DNA of 64,000 bases from an uncultured delta proteobacterium (lineage in GTDB: Bacteria > Desulfobacterota > Binatia > UBA9968), in the NCBI GenBank assembly GCA_963760795.1, contig CAVXEP010000032.1:128001-192000 (forward strand), written 5' to 3'. The notes beneath the pieces were generated by a model. The model made no database searches. It was not told where the DNA came from and saw nothing but the letters and a program-made list of their open reading frames with translations. The translations under genes and the position numbers were made by a program. Below, in pieces: positions 48,940 to 57,312 of this stretch (positions within the stretch are counted from its first letter, which is position 1; every line of letters begins with the position of its first letter).

Positions 48940-49926
48940 ATGAAGCTAAATTTTTTCTGCAAGATATTCGTGGTCGTGGTCGTGCTCGGTTCGGAAGCCG
49001 AGCTTCTTGCCGCCAGCGCGACGATGCGCGTCGGCTATCCGCAACCGAGCGGGGCGATGCTGCCGCTCTGGCTCGTCAGCGAAGCCAAGCTCGATCAAAA
49101 ATACGGCGTGCCGGTGCAGAATATTTTTATCTCCGGCGCCGGGCGCATGACGCAGGCGATGGTCGCCGGCGATATCGATCTTGCCAGCATCGGCGGCGCG
49201 GTGGTCAATACGGTCTTGGGCGGCGGCGATCTGGTGTCGATCGCCGTAGGCGTGCCGACCTATGGTTTTTCTTTTTACGCCCGCGCCGAGGTCAAGGATA
49301 TCGCCAGCCTGCAAGGCAAAGTGGTCGGCATCATGAGCAAGGGAGCGTCATCCGAGCACGCGGTGATCGCCTTGATGCAACGTCACAATCTGCAACCCGG
49401 CAAGGACGTGAAGTTCATCTATCTGGGCGGTGTGCGCGAAGTGCTCGCCGCCATTGAGCACGGCATCGCGGCCGCGGGCGTGTTGTCGTCGCCGACGACT
49501 CTAGCGGCGCGGCGCCTGGGGCAAAAGGAGCTGGTCAATATCGCCACCCTCGGTTTGCCCTACATGCACAGCGGCGTGGCGACGCGGCGCGTGTTCGCGC
49601 GCCAGCAGCCGGAACGGATCAAGGCTTATCTGCGCGCCTACATCGCCGCCATCAAAATCGCCAATGAAGATGCCGAGACCAGCAAGCGCGCGCTGAGCCG
49701 CTATCTAGTTACCAGCGACAGCGCGATCCTGGACGAAGCCTATCAAACCTTCCGGGGAATTTTTCCGCGGATTCCCTATGTCACCGAGGAGCAGATCAAA
49801 TCGAGCCTGGTGCTGTCCGAACATCCCAAAGCGGCGGCGGCCAACCCGAAAGACTTTTTCGACACGCGGTTGTTAAAAGAAATCGAAGACAGCGGTTTTG
49901 TCCAGGAGCTTTATGGCCGGCGCTAA
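48940..49926 (+). CDS. NMT1/THI5-like substrate-binding protein
   Basis: Signal peptide; RVGYPQPSGAMLPLW, SLQGKVVG and FFDTRLLKEIEDSGF motifs. Confidence 0.87.
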   Translation: MKLNFFCKIFVVVVVLGSEAELLAASATMRVGYPQPSGAMLPLWLVSEAKLDQKYGVPVQNIFISGAGRMTQAMVAGDIDLASIGGAVVNTVLGGGDLVSIAVGVPTYGFSFYARAEVKDIASLQGKVVGIMSKGASSEHAVIALMQRHNLQPGKDVKFIYLGGVREVLAAIEHGIAAAGVLSSPTTLAARRLGQKELVNIATLGLPYMHSGVATRRVFARQQPERIKAYLRAYIAAIKIANEDAETSKRALSRYLVTSDSAILDEAYQTFRGIFPRIPYVTEEQIKSSLVLSEHPKAAAANPKDFFDTRLLKEIEDSGFVQELYGRR

Positions 49927-51055
49927 TCGGCTTTATCGGGTGGTAAGGACATCGGATCTCACCACGAAGATCACGAAGGACACGAAGGTTTCGGATAATT
50001 ATCATTCCGAACTTCGTGCTCTTCGTGTCCTTCGTGGTGAATACTCTGTTGCATTCACTCGCAAGCGCGTCGTGCTGAGCGCGCTCGTGGGTTTCGCGCT
50101 GTTGCTCATGCAAACATCGGCGCGGGAGAGTTTCGCCGCGTCGGCTAACAATATTCGCATCGGCTATCCGCAACCTTCCGGGGCGATGTTGCCGCTATGG
50201 GTGATGGCGGAAGCGAAGCTCGACCGGAAATATGGCGTCGACCTGCAGAACATTTACATCTCCGGCGGCGCGCGGCTGACGCAGACGCTGGTCTCCGGAG
50301 ACATCGAGTTGGCGGCTACCGGCGGCGCCGTGGTCAACGCGGTCTTGAGCGGCGCCGATCTGACCTATGTCGCGGCCAGCGTGCCGACTTATGGTTTCTC
50401 GCTATACGTTCGCAACGATGTCAAAGATGTCCCTTCGCTCAAAGGCAAAGTCGTCGGCTTGATGACTAAGGGCGCGTCGACGGATCATGGCCTGACAGCG
50501 CTCCTGCGCCAATACAACTTGCGCTCCGGTCAGGATGTCAAAGTTTTATATCTTGGCGGTGTGCGCGAGGGCTTGGCCGCGCTGGATCGCGGCATCGTCT
50601 CGGCAACGACGATATCGGCGCCGACGACATTGATGGCGCGGCGCATGGGTTACAAGGAACTGCTCAATTTTGCCGATCTGAAAATCCCCTACATTCAACT
50701 TGGCATTGTCGCCCACCGGGCTTTCCTGCGCCAGCAACCGGAGCGCATGAAAGCTTTTCTCAAAGGGTACCTCGCGGCGATCAAAGTCGTCAACGAAGAT
50801 AGCGACACCAGCAAGCGGGCGCTGGCGAAATATCTGGCGACCAACGATGGCGCGATTCTCGACGAAGCTTACCAGGCCTACCGCGGCATCTATCCGAAAG
50901 TTCCCTATACCACAGAGGAGCAGGTGCGCTCGATCCTCAGCGTCGCCGATCACCCTAAAGCCGCCGCGGCGGACCCCAAAGAGTTCTTTGACAACCGCTT
51001 CGTTAAAGAGTTAGAAGATACAGGATTTATCAAGGAACTTTACGGTCAACGCTAA
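49913..51055 (+). CDS. NMT1/THI5-like substrate-binding protein (tandem paralog) with in-frame palindromic insertion at the N-terminus
   Basis: Highly similar to 48940..49926 (IGYPQPSGAMLPLW); AGGAG RBS before ATG 49913. Start position is inferred. Confidence 0.85.
   Translation: MAGANRLYRVVRTSDLTTKITKDTKVSDNYHSELRALRVLRGEYSVAFTRKRVVLSALVGFALLLMQTSARESFAASANNIRIGYPQPSGAMLPLWVMAEAKLDRKYGVDLQNIYISGGARLTQTLVSGDIELAATGGAVVNAVLSGADLTYVAASVPTYGFSLYVRNDVKDVPSLKGKVVGLMTKGASTDHGLTALLRQYNLRSGQDVKVLYLGGVREGLAALDRGIVSATTISAPTTLMARRMGYKELLNFADLKIPYIQLGIVAHRAFLRQQPERMKAFLKGYLAAIKVVNEDSDTSKRALAKYLATNDGAILDEAYQAYRGIYPKVPYTTEEQVRSILSVADHPKAAAADPKEFFDNRFVKELEDTGFIKELYGQR
49958..50041. repeat. CACGAAG-type palindromic element (84 bp) inside the SBP ORF
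   Basis: ctcaccacgaagatcacgaaggacacgaaggtttcgga...tccgaacttcgtgctcttcgtgtccttcgtggtgaa. Confidence 0.88.
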
Positions 51056-51070
51056 CCGGGTAGTACGACT

Positions 51071-52081
51071 ATGAGCAAGTCAAACCATTCAGCGACGGCG
51101 ATTTCACTGGCGCTATCGATTGTCCTAATCACTCACATGGCCCAAGGCGCGGCGGCGCCGGACAAGCTCATCGGTGTCCATTCGGCGCGGGTCATGTCGC
51201 AATCCTTTCCCTGGGTGGCCCAGGAAGCAGGCTTGTTCAAGAAGTACAATATAGATTTCAATCTGGTGTTTATCTCCTCGTCGGCCATCGTTACCGCGGC
51301 ATTGCTCGGCGGCGATACCGAGATGACCATCACCGGCGGCATCGGCAACGTCGCTGCCTATGTCAAAGGCTCGACGGATATCGTTTTCACCGGCGGCGTT
51401 AAAAACGTCATGACCCAGACCCTGGTGGCCGGCGGGAATATCAAACGGCCCGAGGACCTGAAGGGAAAGCGGATCGGCGTCAGCCGCATCGGCGGCAACT
51501 CGCATTACTTTACGATTCAGGCGCTACGGCGCCACGGCATGGAGCCTAACCGCGACTATAGTTTTCTCCAGACCGGCGGCGATCCGGAAACCCTCGCGGC
51601 CTTGATGAGCGGCTCCTTGGAGGTGGCTAACTTGACGCCGCCCACCGATGCCCAAGCCATTGCCAAGGGTTATCATTATGTAATTTACGGTCCCGACTTG
51701 AAGATCCCTTATTCGGCAACGGCGTTTGTCACCAAGCGCTCGGTGATGGCCAAACGGCCGGCGACGGTCGCCAACTTCATGCGCGCCATGGCGGAGGCTT
51801 CCAAGATCGTCCACACCGACCGCGAATTTTATTACAAAGTGCTGGGCAAGTATCTGCGTATCCAGGACCGCAGCGTCCTCGATTCGGCTTACAACGCCGA
51901 GATCAAAGCGCTGGAACCGCGATTGACGATCAAACTCGAATCCTTGCAAGCGATTCTCGACGAGCTGGCGCCCACCGACGCCCGCGCCAAGAATGTCAAA
52001 CCGCAGGAAATGGTCGATAACCGCTATCTCGATGAGATGAACAAGAGCGGCTTCATGGATCAGCTGTGGAGCAGGAAGTGA
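51071..52081 (+). CDS. NMT1/THI5-like substrate-binding protein
   Basis: Signal peptide; AQEAGLFKKY, EDLKGKRIGVSR and DNRYLDEMNKSGF motifs. Confidence 0.87.
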   Translation: MSKSNHSATAISLALSIVLITHMAQGAAAPDKLIGVHSARVMSQSFPWVAQEAGLFKKYNIDFNLVFISSSAIVTAALLGGDTEMTITGGIGNVAAYVKGSTDIVFTGGVKNVMTQTLVAGGNIKRPEDLKGKRIGVSRIGGNSHYFTIQALRRHGMEPNRDYSFLQTGGDPETLAALMSGSLEVANLTPPTDAQAIAKGYHYVIYGPDLKIPYSATAFVTKRSVMAKRPATVANFMRAMAEASKIVHTDREFYYKVLGKYLRIQDRSVLDSAYNAEIKALEPRLTIKLESLQAILDELAPTDARAKNVKPQEMVDNRYLDEMNKSGFMDQLWSRK

Positions 52082-52224
52082 TGGCGGTGTTAACCAGCGA
52101 GTGGAACCTGGCGCAGACCGATGAGCGGGCGAAGAAGGTCAAACCACCGGAATTGTCCGATCCGCGGTTTTTAAATGATATGGAAAAGAGTGGCTTTTGG
52201 GATCAAATCTGGGCTAAAAGATAG
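52081..52224 (+). pseudogene. C-terminal remnant of a fourth tandem solute-binding protein gene
   Basis: LAQTDERAKKVKPPELSDPRFLNDMEKSGFWDQIWAKR* parallels LAPTDARAKNVKPQEMVDNRYLDEMNKSGFMDQLWSRK of the preceding gene. Confidence 0.8.
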
Positions 52225-52239
52225 GAAAAGGGAGGGGCT

Positions 52240-53382
52240 ATGGAACAATCAATTGTCTCATCGGATTCTCATGTGATCGAAGTGCCGGATCTTTGGGTGA
52301 CGGGGATGCCCGCCGCCTTCAAGGATCGTGCGCCAAAGGCGTTCTTTGACGAGAAGCGTGACGCCTGGATGTTCGGTTCGCCCGAGGTGCAGATTCAAGC
52401 CGTCGGCGGGTTGTTCATGGCGGGCCAGCAACCGGAGAATCTAGAGAAGTTTCGCAAGGCGGGTTTCGCCGTGGCGCGCCCCGGCGGTTGGGATCCGCTC
52501 GAACGCCAAGCCGACATGGTCACCGACGGCGTTGCGGCTGAAGTGCTCTATCCGAGCTTGGGCCTGGGCTTGTTCTGCGTCGAGGATGCCGGACTGCAAG
52601 AGGCCTTGTTTCGTGCCTACAACGACTGGATCATCGATTACTGCCAAAAAGTTCCCGATCGCTTGTTCGGCATCGCGTTGATCTCGATGTACAACGTCGA
52701 TCACGCCATCGCCGAAATGGAACGCTGTAAAAAAGAAGGCGTCGTCGGCACGATGATCTGGCAGGTGCCCCATCCGAGCTTGCCGTTCACGTCGGAGCAT
52801 TATGAACGCTTCTGGGCCGCGTCGCAGGATCTCGATCTGCCGGTGCATTTGCACATCTTGACCGGTTTCGGCGACAGCATGCACCGCCAGACCGCCCACG
52901 GCCCGAAACGCTTCCGCATCGGCCTCGAACAGACCCGCGAGATCGAAAACGCGCTGTTCGAATTGATCTTTCACGGTGTGCTCGAACGCCATCCCAAACT
53001 GAAGATTGTCTCGGTGGAAAACGAAGTGGGCTGGATGCCGTTCTGGTTGGGCCAGTGCGACAAAGGCTTCAAACGCCATCGCCACTCGGAAAAAGTCCAG
53101 ATGAGCAAGCTGCCGAGCGAATACTTTGCCGAGCAGATTTACGCGACTTTTTTCAACGACCTGGTTGGCGGCAAAATGTTTTCCTGGTGGGGTGCGGACA
53201 ACTGCATGTGGTCCAACGATTATCCGCACCAGAATTCTACCTGGCCCAACTCCCGTGCGGTCATCGATCGCGATATGGCCGAACTGCCTGCTGAGACGCG
53301 CGAGAAGTTGCTCAATACCAACGTGCGCAAGCTTTATAAATTAAACGCGCCGGTGTCGTTGCCCAAGGCGGTGGCTGCCTAA
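52240..53382 (+). CDS. Amidohydrolase family protein (Amidohydro_2), paralog of the 37365 gene
   Basis: VSSDSHVIE, PGGWDP, IWQVP, HILTG, ENEVGW and WSNDYPH motifs. Confidence 0.88.
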   Translation: MEQSIVSSDSHVIEVPDLWVTGMPAAFKDRAPKAFFDEKRDAWMFGSPEVQIQAVGGLFMAGQQPENLEKFRKAGFAVARPGGWDPLERQADMVTDGVAAEVLYPSLGLGLFCVEDAGLQEALFRAYNDWIIDYCQKVPDRLFGIALISMYNVDHAIAEMERCKKEGVVGTMIWQVPHPSLPFTSEHYERFWAASQDLDLPVHLHILTGFGDSMHRQTAHGPKRFRIGLEQTREIENALFELIFHGVLERHPKLKIVSVENEVGWMPFWLGQCDKGFKRHRHSEKVQMSKLPSEYFAEQIYATFFNDLVGGKMFSWWGADNCMWSNDYPHQNSTWPNSRAVIDRDMAELPAETREKLLNTNVRKLYKLNAPVSLPKAVAA

Positions 53383-53422
53383 GGCGCGTAGGCCAGCAGT
53401 AAATCTTATCGAGGAGTTTTCT

Positions 53423-54440
53423 ATGGAATTACGTGAAGCGATAAAAGTTCTCGATTCGGACGCCCATGCGCGCGATCTCGACAACGACATCAGGAAGTAC
53501 CTGCCCGAGCCCTACCGGAGTCAGAAAGCGTCGTTTATTCCGAGTGAGCATTACGATCGCAATCTTGGCGGGACATTGGGCCAGGGCGGCGCCAAGGTCG
53601 AGGAGCGGTTGGAAGCGATGGACACCCAGCAGATCGACACCGCGGTGATGTTTCCGACCAGCGGCTTGGGTGTCGGCCGGGTGCGCGATAGCCAAGTTTC
53701 AAGTGGCGCTATGCCGGGCTTACAACGATTTCATCTCGGATTACTGCAAGGCGTCGCCGCGCTTGAAAGCGGTGGCCAATCTGCCGGTGAACGATCCGGC
53801 CGAATGCGTCACGGAGCTCAATCGCGCCGTTACCAAGTTAGGTTTATGCGGCGGCATGATGGTCGCGCAGGCGCACCGGAAAAACCTCGGCAGCGCGGAA
53901 TACTATCCGCTCTACGAAGAGGCGCAAAAGCTCAACACGCCGCTGACCATTCACGCGTTTGGCGGCGACGAGCCGGGCAGCGAAATTTTCGATCAGTTTA
54001 TTAGCCTGCATACCTGCGGTCATCCTTTTCCGGTGCTGCGCCAACTGACGGCGATGGTCTTCGGCGGCATTCCCGAGCTGTTTCCGAAAGTCCGCATCGG
54101 CTATCTCGAAGTCGGTTGCGGCTGGCTGCCGTACTGGGCCGAGCGCATGGACGAGGAGTGGGAGAAGCGCGGCAAAGTCGAAGCGCCGCTGTGCAAAAAG
54201 AAACCCAGTGAATACCTGTTCAGCGAGTACAGCTACTATGGCTGCGAGCCGGAAGAGAAGATGATTAGTTTTGTCACCAAGGAGATCGGTTCGAAGACGC
54301 TCATGTACGCATCCGACTATCCGCACTGGGACATGAGCTGGCCGGAGTCGGCGACGATTCTGTGGAATCGCGACGACATTTCGCTCGAAGTGAAAAAGGA
54401 TCTCTTGCTTAACAACGCTAAACGTTTCTACAACATTTAA
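53423..54440 (+). CDS. Amidohydrolase family protein (Amidohydro_2; apparent +1 frameshift near 53692), paralog of the 46737 gene
   Basis: LDSDAH and MFPTSGL in ORF 53423; AYND, FDQFI, WEKRGKVEAPLCK and ASDYPHWD in ORF 53670. Confidence 0.85.
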
Positions 54441-54447
54441 TTCAACC

Positions 54448-54532
54448 GTCATTCCCAGGGAAACGAGGAATCTCGATTTGCCGCGCCGCGGCGAGTCGGA
54501 TTCCTCGTTGCTTTCAGCAGCGGAGGATGACA
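54448..54532. repeat. GTCAT-type REP-like palindrome
   Basis: gtcattcc...aacgaggaatc ... gattcctcgtt...ggatgaca. Confidence 0.7.
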
Positions 54533-54598
54533 TAGAATTAGGCGCAATTCTAATCTTATCAACTGAACCAAGACGGTAAATTTTGAGAGGAGTCGAGC

Positions 54599-56335
54599 AT
54601 GATTCAAACTAAAGGATTGACCGGCGCGCAGTCGATGCTGCGTGTCCTGGGAAAAATGGGCGTCGAAAAAATCTTCGCGTCGCCGGGATCGGAATGGTCG
54701 CCGCTGTGGGAAGCGCTGGCGGAGCCGGGCGTCGAAGGCATGCCGCAATATTACAGCACGCGCCATGAAGAGATCGCCGTCGGCATGGCGAGCGGCTATG
54801 CCAAGTCCACGGGCAAGCTGCCCGCCGTAGTCATTCACACCACCGTGGGTGCGTTGCATGCCACCATGGCGATGCGCGCAGCGCTGCACGAGCAGGTGCC
54901 GATGGTGGTGTTCGCCGGCGAGTCGATTGGCTTCGGCGAAGATGAAGGACCGGATGTCGGTGGTCAGTGGCAGGGCCATCTCGGCGACATGGGCGGGCCG
55001 GCCAAGCTGGTCGATCACACGGTCAAATGGAGCTTCGGCGTCAACACCAAGTCGATCGTTCCGTCCACCGTGCAGCGCGCCTGCCGCCTGGCCATGGCGG
55101 GACCGCGCGGGCCGGTGTTCGTATCGATGCCGATGGAATATATGTTCGACACCATGACCAAGGATGTGCCGTCGGATCTCGGCAGTTCGCCGTTGGCTAC
55201 CGCCGATCCCCAGGGCATCGAAGATCTCGCTAACTTGCTCGCCGGCGCACAGCATCCGGTGATCGTTACCGAAGACGCCGGCAAGACGCTGAAGAGTGTA
55301 AATCTCCTGGTCGAGATCGCCGAACTGCTCGGCTGTCCGGTGGTGGAAACCCGCAGCACCGGTGTCATCAACATCCCGCGCACCCATGCGCTGCACAGCG
55401 GCTACGACGCCAAAGAAGGCGTGCAGGGCGCCGACGTGATTTTTCTCTTGGCGGTCATCGCCCCCTGGCATCCGGCGTCGATCACGCCGTCGAAGGGCGC
55501 CAAGGTCGCCATGCTCGATGAGAATCCGCTGCGCATCGAGATTCCCTACTATGGCTACCAATCGGATCTCTGCCTCACCGGCGAGATCGAGTCGTCGCTG
55601 GAGCATTTGCTTGGCGCCTTGAAGAAAAAAGTTTCTAAAGGCGATCCGGCGCGCACGCGCCGCGCTGAAGATCTCAAGGCCACCAACGACGCCCGGCGCA
55701 AAAAATGGCGTGACGAGGCGATCGCTCTCGGCAGTCAAAAGCCGATGGACACCCGCTGGGTGGCCCATGAGATCAGCCAGGTACTGCCCAAGGATGCGAT
55801 GGTGGTCGAAGAGACCATCACGCACCGCCTGGCGGTGCATCGCTATCTCGATAATCTGACGCCAGGATCGTTCTTCAACGGTTGCATCGGCGGCCTCGGC
55901 ACCGGCTTGGCGACCGCCCTGGGCGTCAAAGCGGCCAATCCCAAGCGGCCGGTTATCTGCTTGATCGGCGACGGCTCGTTTAACTACGATCCGGCACCGG
56001 CGGCGTTTGGCGCGGCCCAGGAGCACAACCTGCCATTTCTGACAATCATGTTTAATAATCAGGGCTATCTATCACAAAAATCAGGCATTCCAAAATACTA
56101 TCCAGGAGGTTGGGCGGTCAAATCGGGAAATTTTTCGGGCTTGCACATCACCCCCTGCCCGGAATATTCGCAGATGATCAAAGCCTGGGATGGCTACGGT
56201 GAGAAAGTCGAAGAACCGGGCGAAGTGCGCAAAGCCGTCGAGCGCGGCCTGCGCGCGGTAGCCGGCGGACAGTCGGCGCTGTTGGATATCCGCCTTAAAA
56301 CCGTTGAGTCGATTGTCGAGCGCGGCGAAGGATAG
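54599..56335 (+). CDS. Thiamine-diphosphate-dependent enzyme (acetolactate synthase / benzoylformate decarboxylase superfamily)
   Basis: SPGSEW, RHEEIAVGMASGYAK and ThDP motif IGDGSF...FNNQGY. Confidence 0.9.
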   Translation: MIQTKGLTGAQSMLRVLGKMGVEKIFASPGSEWSPLWEALAEPGVEGMPQYYSTRHEEIAVGMASGYAKSTGKLPAVVIHTTVGALHATMAMRAALHEQVPMVVFAGESIGFGEDEGPDVGGQWQGHLGDMGGPAKLVDHTVKWSFGVNTKSIVPSTVQRACRLAMAGPRGPVFVSMPMEYMFDTMTKDVPSDLGSSPLATADPQGIEDLANLLAGAQHPVIVTEDAGKTLKSVNLLVEIAELLGCPVVETRSTGVINIPRTHALHSGYDAKEGVQGADVIFLLAVIAPWHPASITPSKGAKVAMLDENPLRIEIPYYGYQSDLCLTGEIESSLEHLLGALKKKVSKGDPARTRRAEDLKATNDARRKKWRDEAIALGSQKPMDTRWVAHEISQVLPKDAMVVEETITHRLAVHRYLDNLTPGSFFNGCIGGLGTGLATALGVKAANPKRPVICLIGDGSFNYDPAPAAFGAAQEHNLPFLTIMFNNQGYLSQKSGIPKYYPGGWAVKSGNFSGLHITPCPEYSQMIKAWDGYGEKVEEPGEVRKAVERGLRAVAGGQSALLDIRLKTVESIVERGEG

Positions 56336-56466
56336 TTCGCTGCAAAATTGTCCGGATCAACGCCGGCCGGGTATCGTATGTGGATATTCGGCCGGCGTCG
56401 TTATTTTTGCCGATGCTAAATTAGCGGCGATGAGTTATTGAAGCAAGTATTCGCTAGAGGTGAAAT

Positions 56467-57177
56467 ATGAGCAACGCTTTTCACGATCAATTGGTCGCCA
56501 CCCGCGACAAAAAGCACAGCAAGAACCATCCGTTCTTCGAGCTCTGGGCGCAGGGTAAGCTGACCAAGGAGCAGACCGCTTTTTACTGCACCCAGCACTA
56601 TCACTTCGTCGGCGAATTTTTGAATTGGCTGGCCTATCTGGCGTCGCAGATTCCCGAGCGCGATGTGAAGAATTACTTGTATGAAAATCTTGGCGACGAG
56701 GAGAATCCCGACGATCGCCATCTCGACATGTTGAAAGACTACGTCGCGGTGAGCGGCGTCGATCGTAACAGTGTCGAGAGTTCGATTGTGCTCGGCGGCA
56801 CCGAGCAGTTGCAAAACTGGGGCTGGATGATGGTCTACCAAAAACCCTGGCCGGTTGCCGCCGCCGGGCTGTTCATCGGTCTGGAATCGCAGTTCTTGGA
56901 TATCTGCAAGAAGATCGTTCCCGCCTTACACCAGCACTACGGTTACAAAGCTCGCGCGCGGGAGATCCGCTTTTTCGAGGAACATATTTACGCCGACGAG
57001 ATCCATGGTTCGAAAGGCTTTGCCATCGTCGAAAAGTATTGCACCACGCCGGAGCTGCAAGCCGCGGCGATCAAACAAGTCGAGGACGCCACCATCCGGC
57101 GCTGGCGTTATATGAACAATATTTACTGGTACGCGCTGCACGGCAAGGAAGACGACACGCCGGCGCTTGCAGGGTAG
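56467..57177 (+). CDS. Heme-oxygenase-like diiron enzyme (CADD/PqqC/TenA superfamily)
   Basis: HPFF..W..G.L; ENL.DEE-x5-H; GLESQ; FFEEHIYADEIH (H-x3-D-x2-H). This is the full CADD-like ligand pattern. Confidence 0.82.
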   Translation: MSNAFHDQLVATRDKKHSKNHPFFELWAQGKLTKEQTAFYCTQHYHFVGEFLNWLAYLASQIPERDVKNYLYENLGDEENPDDRHLDMLKDYVAVSGVDRNSVESSIVLGGTEQLQNWGWMMVYQKPWPVAAAGLFIGLESQFLDICKKIVPALHQHYGYKARAREIRFFEEHIYADEIHGSKGFAIVEKYCTTPELQAAAIKQVEDATIRRWRYMNNIYWYALHGKEDDTPALAG

Positions 57178-57205
57178 CGCGAGTTCGGTCGTTGACCTTG
57201 TCTTA

Positions 57206-57286
57206 CCCTCGCCCTTTGGGAGAGGGAAGGGTGAGGGTCATGCCGATTCGGCCGCCCTCACCTCTGTCCCTCCCAGAGGGCGAGGA
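57206..57286. repeat. CCCTC-type REP-like palindrome
   Basis: ccctcgccctttgggagagggaagggtgaggg ... ccctcacctctgtccctcccagagggcgagg. Confidence 0.72.
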
Positions 57287-57312
57287 TGTAAGAATTCAAG
57301 AAGGAAGTCAGC

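Noticed and set aside
54449-56026. Long antisense ORFs (525 aa here; also 37477..38478, 25110..25997, 62964..63878)
   Set aside because: Typical high-GC shadows opposite well-supported genes.
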